Both the position numbers and the translations under genes were made by a program. Below, in pieces: positions 1-9,765 of a DNA stretch of 64,000 nucleotides. Within the stretch, counting starts at the first letter, position 1. Each line of letters begins with the position of its first letter. Source of the DNA: Verrucomicrobiaceae bacterium (lineage in GTDB: Bacteria > Verrucomicrobiota > Verrucomicrobiia > Verrucomicrobiales > Akkermansiaceae); contig JBPOGH010000011.1 of NCBI GenBank assembly GCA_051252135.1, positions 32,001 through 96,000 of the forward strand, written 5' to 3'. Below the pieces are notes generated by a model. It was not told the origin of the DNA. It saw nothing but the letters and a program-made list of their open reading frames with translations, and did not search any database.

Positions 1-925
1 CAAGATCGAGCTTCTGCATCTCCTTCGGAAGCTCTTCCTTTTTCAACGTCGTCCAATCGAACGATGCGGTCGCACTGGCATCGCAGAGATCCCAATTTCC
101 GTTCCAGTAATTCTGGGTCGCCTTCGCCACCGCACGCTGGACCAGCGCACCTGACTCCTTTTTTTGAAATGAGTTCTCATCCTGCACTCCTTGTTGAATC
201 TTCTTTGTCTGACCAATTTTCCCGAAGGGAATATAAGTCTTATTGAGATCATCATTGAGCTGCACAATTTTGGCATCCTGAGGAGCATTCACATGGACCA
301 CAGCGGCATTGTGATCGATCACCAGATAACTCCCTCCCGCCACCAACAACCCGGTATTCCAGTTTCCCTGAAGCCCAACGTCTTCCCGACCACAATGGAT
401 GGTGTTGACAACCACTCCTTTTTTAACCGCCTCGGCACAGGCACTCCGTGGGTTGATCGGCCCTTGGCTGAATGACTCATTCCCCGCGATGAAAATCGCT
501 TTATAAACCTTCGGTGAGGCATCCCACTTGAGATCGGCAATCGCCCTTGTGATCACCGCCCCACAAAATTCATCTCCGCCAGCAGTGGACAACCCGAAGA
601 GATCCTCACTCACCTGATCCAAATCACGCGTAAACGGCTGAATCTGCCGAATCCAATCCGCCTTGTGATCAAGGCGGCTGTTTCCATACTCATACAGAGC
701 CACCTCGACAAAAGGTGCCCTTCCATCCTGCTTGGCATCCATGAAGGTATTCACGACTTTCCAAAGCTGGGTTTTCGTTTGCTCAATAAGCCCGGACATA
801 CTCCCCGAGGTATCCAGTAGAATGGCGAGTTGCACCTTGGTCGGCGCATCAGTCGGAACCTGATGGGCAAATACCGGGGTGGTCAGAGCAGCGGCGAGAA
901 CGGAGATTACATGTCTTCTTTTCAT
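1..925 (-). CDS. Secreted von Willebrand factor type A (VWA) domain protein, 3' end outside window
   Basis: Not in the ORF track because it has no stop inside the window. Manual translation from ATG 925 gives MKRRHVISVLAAALTTPVFA (signal-like), then VQLAILLDTSGSMSGLIEQ (MIDAS DxSxS), GGDEFCG and IFIAGNE. The frame stays open to the left edge. Confidence 0.85.
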   Translation of the reverse strand, partial: MKRRHVISVLAAALTTPVFAHQVPTDAPTKVQLAILLDTSGSMSGLIEQTKTQLWKVVNTFMDAKQDGRAPFVEVALYEYGNSRLDHKADWIRQIQPFTRDLDQVSEDLFGLSTAGGDEFCGAVITRAIADLKWDASPKVYKAIFIAGNESFSQGPINPRSACAEAVKKGVVVNTIHCGREDVGLQGNWNTGLLVAGGSYLVIDHNAAVVHVNAPQDAKIVQLNDDLNKTYIPFGKIGQTKKIQQGVQDENSFQKKESGALVQRAVAKATQNYWNGNWDLCDASATASFDWTTLKKEELPKEMQKLDL

Positions 926-986
926 TACAAGGGAAGCCTATCGCAGAACCGGCTTCGCTTGTGTAAATGGACTGTAAAAGGAAGCT

Positions 987-2336
987 CTAGCGGTTTGGCA
1001 CCATGGCATACATCCCTGTCGTCATGCACCAGGCCTCGATCGCAGGCATCCTCTTCAGTTCATGACCTTCGCCCCAGGAATCCGTATAGAGCACCTCCTC
1101 CTTCTCTTCATTATAACCCACAATCAGTCGCATATGACCCCCACGCGACTGGGGCATATCCCCCTCCTTAAACATTCCCAAATAGAGGGTCCAACAAATC
1201 GGCACTCCCTGATCAACAAATTCCTTGGTCTTCCTTTTAAAGAAATCGTACTTCGCTTCCCGGGCCTTCACCACCTTGAAGATCTCCGGATTGAGATTGG
1301 CCCAAAATCCCTGCGCGATGATGTAGCTGCGATCCAAATCAATATCGAAGGTTTCAGCGCCCTGCTTCCGCGCCTCTTTCTCATAGGCCTTATAATCACT
1401 GACCGTCTGCTTATAATCATAATCCATCAACTTGAGTGTCCGCACATGAATCCGTCCGGTAAGACGCTTGAAAGCCTTCTCCATCTTATCCGGATAGGTT
1501 CCTTCGGCACTGGTATCCGCGAGCTGGGCCAGTTCGTGCTGATCGACATCGAGCCCAAAGTATCGGGCAACCCGCTCCACACTGGCAACCACGCAATATC
1601 CCTTCTCCCCCTGATCAACCATCGGGACATTGGTCACCAATACGTCCCCATTTTCCTTCTCCACCACATTGTCATCAAGTGATCCCCGGCGCTTTACCTC
1701 CTTCTTGTCCTCCATTGAATCGGCATACCCCATGCGCAGCCGCACAAACTCCACCCGATTCGTCTTCTTCGTCACACTTCCCTCCAGAAGAAACACAATT
1801 CTACCCTTCTTCCACATCCATCCGTCGATCGATACCGCCCCGGCTTTGTGTCGCTCCTCCGGACGCTCCTTCAACTTGTCATCCAGCCCGGACTTCCACT
1901 GACGCATGAGTGCGTCATAGTCATCCCTCAACATCGTTCCATCGTCTCCACGATTGAAAATCGAGAGCGAGGCATTGCCGACTTTCCCACCCTTCCCCCG
2001 CACCACAATCTCTCCCACATCCAGTCCCATCAGGGAAAACTGCCCCCCCGGAGCCCTGATCGCCTTCTGCGCCGACGAGAGCCACTCGAACCCGTTCACA
2101 CTTCGAAACATCTCGGGAACCTCATGCCCGCTCTCGCTAATTTGGCGACGAAGCTCCGGATCGAGAACCACCTTCACCTTCATCGTTTCACCATAGGATT
2201 TTTGAATTTCCTCCAATGGCTGAGTCCACAATTTGGCGGTCAAAAATGTCTCATCGAGAGCCTTGCGACTCCCTTCCTTGTCTTCACCCAATAACGAACT
2301 GCACAGTACCAGCAAAAGGGTGAAATACCTAATCAT
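987..2336 (-). CDS. Secreted C39-like (papain-fold) cysteine peptidase domain protein
   Basis: Signal-like MIRYFTLLLVLCSSLLG. C-terminal domain has VPMVDQGEKGYCVVAS (Gln/Cys), GHMRLIVGYN (His) and YTDSWG (Asp). Start moved to ATG 2336. Confidence 0.75.
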   Translation of the reverse strand: MIRYFTLLLVLCSSLLGEDKEGSRKALDETFLTAKLWTQPLEEIQKSYGETMKVKVVLDPELRRQISESGHEVPEMFRSVNGFEWLSSAQKAIRAPGGQFSLMGLDVGEIVVRGKGGKVGNASLSIFNRGDDGTMLRDDYDALMRQWKSGLDDKLKERPEERHKAGAVSIDGWMWKKGRIVFLLEGSVTKKTNRVEFVRLRMGYADSMEDKKEVKRRGSLDDNVVEKENGDVLVTNVPMVDQGEKGYCVVASVERVARYFGLDVDQHELAQLADTSAEGTYPDKMEKAFKRLTGRIHVRTLKLMDYDYKQTVSDYKAYEKEARKQGAETFDIDLDRSYIIAQGFWANLNPEIFKVVKAREAKYDFFKRKTKEFVDQGVPICWTLYLGMFKEGDMPQSRGGHMRLIVGYNEEKEEVLYTDSWGEGHELKRMPAIEAWCMTTGMYAMVPNR

Positions 2337-2395
2337 AAGGTCCGAGGAATACCCCAAATCCACAGGCAAGGTCAATCCGCAAAGGATGACCCGCT

Positions 2396-3202
2396 TCAAT
2401 CAAGAGGCGGAATTCCCAATAGCTCGGGAAGAGCCGTTCGGGGACGATCCGTCAGAATCTCCGGATCACCATTGGTAATCAACACGGTATGCTCGAAATG
2501 ACTCGACGGGCGGCGATCGGAGGAAACCACCGTCCAGCCATCATCCAACCAGTCCACACTCCCCACTCCGGCATTCACCATCGGCTCAATCGCCAGAATC
2601 ATCCCCGGCTTCAGCACAGGCGATCTCCCGGGCGGGCGGTAGTTTGGCACCTGCGGCTCCTCATGAAGCTGACGCCCTACCCCATGGCCCACCAAATCCC
2701 GCACTACGGTAAATCCATGCCGGTTGACATATTCCTCAACCGATCCACATAGGTCGGCCAAGTGATTGCCTGCGCGGGCATGACTGATCGCAATATGAAG
2801 AGACTCTTCAGTGGCGGCCAAAAGTCGCTTTTGCTCACCGTTAATCTTACCGACAGGAACCGTGAGAGCATTGTCTCCAATCCAGCCATTCAGCTTAATC
2901 CCGACATCAATCTTCACCAGGTCGCCATCCTTGATCACCAAATCGCTTCCGATCCCATGAACAACTTCCTCATTCATCGAAATGCAAATCTGACCCGGAA
3001 AACCCCGGTAGCCAAAAAAGGCACTCTTCACCTTTCGCTCCTCCATCAACTCCTTGGCATACTCATCAATCTCCAGTGTCGTTTTACCTGCTTCGATAAA
3101 CTTGGCCGTGCCCTGCAACACTTCGCTGGCCACTTTCCCCGCCGCCCGCATTTTATCCATTTCGTGGGGAGTCTTAATTGGGATTCTTGTCTTCTTCGCC
3201 AT
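2396..3202 (-). CDS. map: Methionine aminopeptidase type I
   Basis: CISMNEEVVHG, KIDVG, GHGVGRQLHEEP, AIEPM and HFEHT metal-binding motifs. Lies after secY-adk. Confidence 0.97.
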   Translation of the reverse strand: MAKKTRIPIKTPHEMDKMRAAGKVASEVLQGTAKFIEAGKTTLEIDEYAKELMEERKVKSAFFGYRGFPGQICISMNEEVVHGIGSDLVIKDGDLVKIDVGIKLNGWIGDNALTVPVGKINGEQKRLLAATEESLHIAISHARAGNHLADLCGSVEEYVNRHGFTVVRDLVGHGVGRQLHEEPQVPNYRPPGRSPVLKPGMILAIEPMVNAGVGSVDWLDDGWTVVSSDRRPSSHFEHTVLITNGDPEILTDRPRTALPELLGIPPLD

Positions 3203-3209
3203 GATGGTA

Positions 3210-3842
3210 TTAAAGTGAAAGTTGGGTAATGATCGAGCGGTGAACCTCATCCGGCGAGCCCAGAGCTTCAACGCGGGTCAGCCTTGCAGAGTTCTCATAG
3301 AAATCGACCACTGGAAAGGTTAAGGTTTCAAATTCACGGAGTCTGCTTTCAAAACGCACCACGTCATCATCCTCCCGTGGAGCCATATCGCCGCCGCACT
3401 TTGAACAAATCTCCGTCTTCCCTCGTGACGTCACCCAATGGCAGGCCCCGCACTCGAGGCGCCCCGTAACACGCCGTCGGAGCTCCTCTGTCGGAACATC
3501 CAAAAAAACCGCGAGAGGAAGTTGCAAGCCGAGAGATTCAAAAGTCCTATCCAGAGCCACTGCCTGATCGACAGTTCTGGGGAACCCATCAAGCACTGCG
3601 TGGCCCTTCTGACCTCTTAGCCACTCCAGCACCATGGGAACCATAATCCCGTCAGGCACATATTCTCCCCGATCAAGAAATGGCCGGGCCTCTTCACCAA
3701 AAGGCGTCCCATCTCGAAGCGCACTCCGTAAGAGCCCTCCGGTACTGAGATAGGACAGCCCGGCAGACTCCGCCAGTCGTCTTCCCTGTGTTCCCTTTCC
3801 CGATGCCGGAGCACCGAGAAAGACGAGGGATTGCTTCAGCAC
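3210..3842 (-). CDS. adk: Adenylate kinase with Zn-binding LID
   Basis: GAPASGKGTQ P-loop, LDGFPRT, CxxC...CxxC LID, REDD. Follows secY. Confidence 0.95.
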   Translation of the reverse strand: MLKQSLVFLGAPASGKGTQGRRLAESAGLSYLSTGGLLRSALRDGTPFGEEARPFLDRGEYVPDGIMVPMVLEWLRGQKGHAVLDGFPRTVDQAVALDRTFESLGLQLPLAVFLDVPTEELRRRVTGRLECGACHWVTSRGKTEICSKCGGDMAPREDDDVVRFESRLREFETLTFPVVDFYENSARLTRVEALGSPDEVHRSIITQLSL

Positions 3843-3848
3843 GGTTGC

Positions 3849-5357
3849 TTACTGGTTAATCAACATGGCCACAATGGCCACGAGCACGATCAGGGCGAGA
3901 ACGGTCCAGAGATAAATCACCGAAGCACTCGAAGCCTGTGCTCCGCCCTGGCCCCGCTGATTACGCCCCTTGATCTTCCCCTTCCGCAGGAATCCGTCAT
4001 AATGACGCTGCAGCAGGTGGGTCTCAATCTGACGCATCATATCGAGAAGCACACCAACCAAAATGAGTAGACTGGTTCCTCCGAAGAATGACGTCACCAG
4101 GGTATTGGCTCCCAATCCAAGGGAAAGTCCAATGAAGTAAGGCAACATGAAAATCAGCGTCAGGAAGATGGCACCGGCAAAGGTCAGGCGGGTCATCGTG
4201 AAATCGAGGAAATCTGCGGTGGGCTTACCGGGGCGAACTCCGGGAATGTAACCGCCACCCTTCTTCAGATTCTCGGCAATCTCACTGGGCTGGAACATCG
4301 TAGCCACCCAGAAGAAACTGAAGAAGAAGATCATCGTGCCCGAGATCAGGTAAAACCAAACATCATTGGGGGAAAGGATGTCCATGAACGTCCGCACCCA
4401 GTCACTGTTTGGAAACATCTGACCAATGATGGTGGCGGGAAGCTGGAGAATTGCCGTGGCAAAAATGACAGGCATCACCCCGGCATAGTTCACCTTGAGC
4501 GGAAGATACTGGGTTCCTCCGGCCATCTCACGCCGACCGGCCACCCGGCGGGCATACTGAACCGCAATCCGGCGCTGGGCCTGGGTGATCGCAATCGTCG
4601 CAGCAATCACAAGCAGGAAGAGAACCACCAAAAGCACAATCAACAAGGGGCTGAAGGCATTCCCCTCACGCTCAACCACGAAGGTTTGCCAGAGGGTCAC
4701 AATGACACCCGGAAGTGCTGAAATGATGTTTACCGAAATGATCAGGGAGATTCCGTTTCCAATGCCGCGCTCGGTAATCTGATCACCCACCCACATCAGG
4801 AAGAGTGTTCCGCACACAATGATCAGAACAGTCATGGCCACGAACCCCGAGCCATAGTCGGGAACCAGTGGTGACCCCACTTCCGTAATGGCCTTGCCAA
4901 TACCCTGCAAAAGGAAATTGCTCTCCGGGTTATCCAATGACTTGGCGAGGAAGAAACCCTGAACCGTGGCAATGAGGATCGTCACATAGCGGGTGTAGGA
5001 GTTGATCTTCTGGCGACCACCATCCTGCTTGGCGAGACGGGCCAACTTGGGGACCACCGCACTCAGGAGCTGCATCATAATCGATGCCGAAATATAAGGC
5101 ATAATGCCCAAGGAAAAGAGTCCCATACTCTGAAGTCCGCCACCGGAGAACACGTTGAGAATGGCTCCAATGCCACCACCGGCTCCATCGGCATTATCCT
5201 TGGCTTGAAGGTCGAGCCACGTGGAGATCACCTCCATGTTCACTCCCGGAAGTGGAATGGCCACTCCAAGACGGACGATGACGATCATCGCCATGGTAAA
5301 AAGAATGCGATCCCGTAGTTCGGGAATCTTCCAGGTGTTTGCGAATGCGGAAATCAT
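3849..5357 (-). CDS. secY: Preprotein translocase subunit SecY
   Basis: LGIMPYISASI, GIGNGISLII, YLPLKVNYAGVMPVIF, IPGVRPG and FGGTSLLI. Confidence 0.99.
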   Translation of the reverse strand: MISAFANTWKIPELRDRILFTMAMIVIVRLGVAIPLPGVNMEVISTWLDLQAKDNADGAGGGIGAILNVFSGGGLQSMGLFSLGIMPYISASIMMQLLSAVVPKLARLAKQDGGRQKINSYTRYVTILIATVQGFFLAKSLDNPESNFLLQGIGKAITEVGSPLVPDYGSGFVAMTVLIIVCGTLFLMWVGDQITERGIGNGISLIISVNIISALPGVIVTLWQTFVVEREGNAFSPLLIVLLVVLFLLVIAATIAITQAQRRIAVQYARRVAGRREMAGGTQYLPLKVNYAGVMPVIFATAILQLPATIIGQMFPNSDWVRTFMDILSPNDVWFYLISGTMIFFFSFFWVATMFQPSEIAENLKKGGGYIPGVRPGKPTADFLDFTMTRLTFAGAIFLTLIFMLPYFIGLSLGLGANTLVTSFFGGTSLLILVGVLLDMMRQIETHLLQRHYDGFLRKGKIKGRNQRGQGGAQASSASVIYLWTVLALIVLVAIVAMLINQ

Positions 5358-5383
5358 GGTCGGTAGGTTAACGCTGAAATTAT

Positions 5384-5836
5384 TTAGGGGTTCCCCTCCC
5401 CCTTCACGGGGACGGACTCATGGAGTCCGGCGAGGATATCGTTGATTTTAGATGAGGCATTCTTCGAACTGAAAAATGCGCTTTGTGCCTTAAAAAAGGC
5501 CTCATGGGCTTCGGCCTGCCCCGGAAGGTTGGCCAAACGGAGAACGTCTTCTTCAGAGGGCTTCTCCAAAGCAGAAGTGCGGGACCGCAAGTCGCGGAAC
5601 GAGGAAACAAGAACAGCAAGCTTCTCAGCTCCGGCGTCGACCCCACCATTGTTGGCCATCTCCTCGAGGACGGTGGCCATTTCGTGGTAAAGTCCCGCCT
5701 GCTCCTTCATCAACCCCTCATGGGAATCTTTGGAAGAACAGGAGGTCAGAGACATCAAAAGTCCCAACAACGCAAAAAACGCTGTAGCCCGGAGACCCGA
5801 GCCCAACGTTGTAGAGCGTGAGAAGGAGGTATTCAC
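5384..5836 (-). CDS. Hypothetical lipoprotein inserted between rplO and secY
   Basis: GTG 5836 start avoids overlap with rplO. Hydrophobic stretch AFFALLGLLMS, lipobox LTS-C, then an amphipathic helical domain. Confidence 0.7.
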   Translation of the reverse strand: MNTSFSRSTTLGSGLRATAFFALLGLLMSLTSCSSKDSHEGLMKEQAGLYHEMATVLEEMANNGGVDAGAEKLAVLVSSFRDLRSRTSALEKPSEEDVLRLANLPGQAEAHEAFFKAQSAFFSSKNASSKINDILAGLHESVPVKGEGNP

Positions 5837-5858
5837 AAGAATGTGAAAAGCGGACGGC

Positions 5859-6302
5859 TTAGAGCTCGACCGAGCCTCCTGCTTTCTCGATTTTTTCCTT
5901 AGCTGAGGCGCTGGCAAGATCAACAGTGACCTTGAGCTTCTTGCTGGTTTCACCCTGGCCGAGAAGCTTGATCTTATCAGCTTGCCCCTTAACAAGACCC
6001 GCATCACGAAGAGTGGCCTCATTCACCTCGGCACCGTCATCGAAAAACTTCTCCAACTGGGAGATGTTCACGATGGCAACAGTGTCACGGAATTGAAGGT
6101 TGCTAAAACCACGCTTGGGAAGTCGGCGATGCAAGGGCATCTGACCACCTTCGAAGCCCGGACGGACACCACCGCCGGAACGAGCCTTCTGGCCCTTGTG
6201 TCCCTTACCGGAGGTTTTTCCAAGTCCAGAGCTCTCTCCGCAACCGAGACGCTTGCGACGATGCTTGGCACCGGGATTTGGTTTGAGATTGTGAAGATTC
6301 AT
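5859..6302 (-). CDS. rplO: 50S ribosomal protein L15
   Basis: GKTSGKGHKGQKARSG and GFEGGQMPLHRRLPKRGF. ATG 6302. Confidence 0.99.
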   Translation of the reverse strand: MNLHNLKPNPGAKHRRKRLGCGESSGLGKTSGKGHKGQKARSGGGVRPGFEGGQMPLHRRLPKRGFSNLQFRDTVAIVNISQLEKFFDDGAEVNEATLRDAGLVKGQADKIKLLGQGETSKKLKVTVDLASASAKEKIEKAGGSVEL

Positions 6303-6395
6303 AACAATGAACAAATGAGTGTTTAATATTGGACGGTTGGTAGAGCGGCAGCGCACAGAACTCAAAAAGTCACCCCGTGCACTGCAAAAGCTCGT

Positions 6396-7073
6396 TTAGA
6401 TGGCCTTCTCTTTCTTCTCCTTGCCGCGAAGCTTAAGAACTTGATCGCGGGTCCGGAGCTCACTGAGAGCCTTGAGAGTGGCTTTCACCACGTTAGCGTG
6501 ATTGTTGGAGCCAAGAGACTTGGCAAGAACGTCGTGGATACCGACTGCTTCGCAGACTGCACGGACTCCCCCACCAGCGATAACCCCGGTTCCCGGAGAT
6601 GCCGGCTTGAGAAGGACCTTGCCACCACCATACTCGGCGTAAACCTCATGAGGAATGGTGTTGCCCTGAAGATTCATTTTCTGAAGGCTCTTGCCTGCGA
6701 TACCGGAAGCTTTTTTGATGCACTCGGCGACCTCATTGGCCTTACCGAATCCAACACCGACACTCCCCTTGGAATTTCCGGAGACGACGAGAGCAGAGAA
6801 GCTGAAACGACGTCCACCCTTTACGACCTTGGAACAACGGTTGATGAAGACCACCTTTTCGGTGAGTTCATTACCATCTTTGTCGGTAGGAACCGGAGGA
6901 GCCTCACGTCGGAAGCCACCACCACGGTTGTTACCACCGCCACGGTTGAAACCACCACCGCGGTGATCACCGCCACGGTTGTCACCACCAGGCTTGTTGT
7001 CGCCCGCAGGCTTGGCATCGGCTGCAGCTGGAGTTGCATCTGCAGCAGGCTTTGAATTTTCGTTAGTTGCCAT
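6396..7073 (-). CDS. rpsE: 30S ribosomal protein S5 with N-terminal low-complexity RGG extension
   Basis: [21 protein letters not shown] and [12 protein letters not shown]. Confidence 0.99.
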   Translation of the reverse strand: MATNENSKPAADATPAAADAKPAGDNKPGGDNRGGDHRGGGFNRGGGNNRGGGFRREAPPVPTDKDGNELTEKVVFINRCSKVVKGGRRFSFSALVVSGNSKGSVGVGFGKANEVAECIKKASGIAGKSLQKMNLQGNTIPHEVYAEYGGGKVLLKPASPGTGVIAGGGVRAVCEAVGIHDVLAKSLGSNNHANVVKATLKALSELRTRDQVLKLRGKEKKEKAI

Positions 7074-7093
7074 TTTTGTTTCGGAGCGAGTTT

Positions 7094-7450
7094 TTAGAAT
7101 TTCAGACCACCGTCACGGGCAGCATCAGCTAGGACTTGGACTTTGCCGTGGAAAAGATGACCACCACGGTCGAAGACGACGGCTTCGATCTTGGCTTCCT
7201 TGGCGCGGGTAGCAATCAGTTTGCCCACCGACTCGGCAGTGGCCTTGCTTGCTCCATTTGCTTCAACTTCCTTATCAAGGGTTGAAGCAGCACAAAGGGT
7301 TTTTCCAGCGATATCATCGATCACCTGGGCGTAGACATTTTTGTTGGAAAAATGCACAGCAAGGCGTGGCTTGACTGCCGTCCCGCTGATCTTTTTACGG
7401 ATACGACGGTGAACCTTCTGGCGGATTTTCTTACGGTTGAGAGTACTCAT
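7094..7450 (-). CDS. rplR: 50S ribosomal protein L18
   Basis: [19 protein letters not shown] and VVFDRGG...HGKV. Confidence 0.99.
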   Translation of the reverse strand: MSTLNRKKIRQKVHRRIRKKISGTAVKPRLAVHFSNKNVYAQVIDDIAGKTLCAASTLDKEVEANGASKATAESVGKLIATRAKEAKIEAVVFDRGGHLFHGKVQVLADAARDGGLKF

Positions 7451-7481
7451 GGAAGTTTGGAGATTAGTGTTAGGGTTCCGT

Positions 7482-8018
7482 TTACTTCACGCTCTTACCG
7501 GCTTTGCGGCGGACGTATTCACCAACATAGCGGACTCCTTTACCTTTATAGGGCTCGGGCGGGTAGTATGACCGCACTTCTGCAGCAAACTGTCCGACGA
7601 GTTGCTTGTCGATACCCTCAACCTTGATCTTGGTGTTGTCTGCGACAGTAACCGTAAGACCTTCGGGAATTGGGTGGAGGATTGGATGTGACTTACCAAG
7701 GCTGAGGTCAATTTGCTTACCCTTGAGGGCTGCACGGAAACCAACACCTTGAATTTCAAGATCCTTAACGAACCCCTCGTTGACACCCTGGATCATGTTA
7801 TTGATCAGGCTGCGGAAGGTTCCATGGAGCGCCCGAACCGAACGGAGCTCGGAAGCACGCTCTACGGTGACCACCCCATCCTCTTGGGAAACGGTGAGAC
7901 CTTCGGGAAGGTCGAGATTGAGTTTTCCCTTCGGGCCATCAACGGAGACGTTGTTGCCAGTCACCTTAAGGGTGACTTTCTCAGGGAGATTGATAACTGC
8001 TTTTCCTACTCGTGACAT
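7482..8018 (-). CDS. rplF: 50S ribosomal protein L6
   Basis: MSRVGK and [15 protein letters not shown] 8018. Confidence 0.99.
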   Translation of the reverse strand: MSRVGKAVINLPEKVTLKVTGNNVSVDGPKGKLNLDLPEGLTVSQEDGVVTVERASELRSVRALHGTFRSLINNMIQGVNEGFVKDLEIQGVGFRAALKGKQIDLSLGKSHPILHPIPEGLTVTVADNTKIKVEGIDKQLVGQFAAEVRSYYPPEPYKGKGVRYVGEYVRRKAGKSVK

Positions 8019-8038
8019 TTTCTTATTTCTACGAGGGG

Positions 8039-8437
8039 TTACCAAACGAGTGCGAGGACTTCTCCTCCGATGTTTTCCTTTTTGGCCTTGGACCCGGTCA
8101 TTACTCCACGGGAAGTGGAGATGATCGAGATACCCATGCCATTGAGGACGCGGGGTAGTTCTCCGGAACCGGAGTACTTACGACGCCCACACTTGGAGAC
8201 CCGCTTGAGGTCAGTGAGGGCAGGCACACCATCAACGAACTTCGTGGTCACCTTGATCTCGGGAAATTTCCCGGTCGTGATGACTTCGTAGCTCCAGATG
8301 TAACCTTCTTCTTTGAGAATACGGGCGAGTTCGGCCTTCATCTTCGAATGGGGAGCGAGAAAGGTGTCGTTCCCTGCGCGAGAGGCGTTCTTGAGGCGGA
8401 TTAAAAAATCTGCGATTGGATCAGTGAGAGTTCCCAT
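8039..8437 (-). CDS. rpsH: 30S ribosomal protein S8
   Basis: TDPIADFLIRLKNA, LKEEGYI, IISTSRGVMT and GGEVL. Confidence 0.99.
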   Translation of the reverse strand: MGTLTDPIADFLIRLKNASRAGNDTFLAPHSKMKAELARILKEEGYIWSYEVITTGKFPEIKVTTKFVDGVPALTDLKRVSKCGRRKYSGSGELPRVLNGMGISIISTSRGVMTGSKAKKENIGGEVLALVW

Positions 8438-8465
8438 GGATTCGTTTTTTCTATGGTTCTATGGG

Positions 8466-9035
8466 TTAAGCGGCGTTCTCGTCCTTCACGTTGTCACGGA
8501 AGGGCAAACCGAGTGCCTTGAGGAGTGATTTGGCTTCGGCATCCGTTTTAGCGGAAGTCACGAAGATGAAGTCGAAACCGATCTGACGCTTGATCTGATC
8601 AAGTTCAATTTCGGGGAAGATTGACTGGTCGGAAAAACCAACCGCGTAGTTGCCACTGCCATCAAAAGACTTAAAGGGAAGACCACGGAAGTCACGAATG
8701 TTTGGGCAAGTGATGTGGAAAAAGCGATCTGCGAATTCCCACATCCGAACGGAACGAAGAGTCACCCGTGCACCGACGGTCTCCCCCTCCCGGACCTTGA
8801 AGTTAGCCACACTCTTGCGAGCGTAGACAACGGAAGGTTTCTGTCCGGTGATTTTTGAAATTTCTTCAACAGCATCCTCAACAGCAGCTTTGCGCTCGTT
8901 GACGTAGTGTCCGACGTGTGAGTTCACCACGATCTTTTCCAGACGGGGAACTTCATTGATATTCTTGTAGCCATGCTCCTTTTGCAGAGCGGGCACAATC
9001 TGCTCTTCGTAGAGCTTTTGTAGTGTTGGTTTCAT
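8466..9035 (-). CDS. rplE: 50S ribosomal protein L5
   Basis: VPRLEKIVVN, ITGQKP, RDFRGL, FDGSGNY and IFPEI. Confidence 0.99.
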   Translation of the reverse strand: MKPTLQKLYEEQIVPALQKEHGYKNINEVPRLEKIVVNSHVGHYVNERKAAVEDAVEEISKITGQKPSVVYARKSVANFKVREGETVGARVTLRSVRMWEFADRFFHITCPNIRDFRGLPFKSFDGSGNYAVGFSDQSIFPEIELDQIKRQIGFDFIFVTSAKTDAEAKSLLKALGLPFRDNVKDENAA

Positions 9036-9093
9036 TTGTTTGGCGGGTCAGCGGGTTTTGCTTAAGCGCGCAGCATTACCTGTCAGGGCAACG

Positions 9094-9321
9094 CTAGACT
9101 TTTTTGACGTTGGAAATATGAATTGGACCGTCCTGCTCCTCGATTCCCCCATCAGGGTTCAGTTCGGTGCGACGAATGGCTTTCTTGATCTTGCGGACAC
9201 CTTCGACGATGACCTGGCCTTTTTCGGCGTTGATGGAAAGAACAGTTCCCTGTTTTCCCTTGTGATTGCCGGAGATGACAGTGACCTCGTCACCAGGCTT
9301 AACGTGAGTTTTGATTTTCAT
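9094..9321 (-). CDS. rplX: 50S ribosomal protein L24 (short, 75 aa)
   Basis: [15 protein letters not shown] motif and PIHISNV. Lies between rplN and rplE. Confidence 0.97.
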   Translation of the reverse strand: MKIKTHVKPGDEVTVISGNHKGKQGTVLSINAEKGQVIVEGVRKIKKAIRRTELNPDGGIEEQDGPIHISNVKKV

Positions 9322-9348
9322 GTCTGAAAAGGAGGTGTGTGTTTGCAA

Positions 9349-9714
9349 TTAAAGTACCTCGGGAGCAAGGGAAACGATCTTCATGAAGTTCTTTTCACGA
9401 AGTTCACGGGCTACTGGTCCGAAAATACGGGTTCCCTTTGGATTGTTGTCCTTGTCGATAATGACAATGGCATTCTCATCGAAACGCAAAACCGATCCGT
9501 CGGCACGACGAACAGGATACTTGGTCCGAACAATAACAGCCTTTACCACAGCGCCCTTCTTGATCGAAGCCGTTGGAATGGCCTCGCGGACGTGAGCAGT
9601 GATGATGTCACCAATAGAGGCGGACTTGGAGCGCGTTCCGAGCACCCCGATCATCTTGGCTTGGCGAGCACCGGTATTATCGGCAATCGCGACTTTGGAT
9701 TCCATTTGGATCAT
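9349..9714 (-). CDS. rplN: 50S ribosomal protein L14
   Basis: MIQMES...[19 protein letters not shown] and SLAPEVL. Confidence 0.99.
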   Translation of the reverse strand: MIQMESKVAIADNTGARQAKMIGVLGTRSKSASIGDIITAHVREAIPTASIKKGAVVKAVIVRTKYPVRRADGSVLRFDENAIVIIDKDNNPKGTRIFGPVARELREKNFMKIVSLAPEVL

Positions 9715-9765
9715 GGCAAATAAATATCGTTAAATGGTTTGATTCGGCTGTCCGGGACAGTCGGA

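Noticed and set aside
5837..6022. Track start for the rplO-secY ORF at 6022
   Set aside because: It overlaps rplO by more than 160 bp. GTG 5836 gives a sensible lipoprotein signal.
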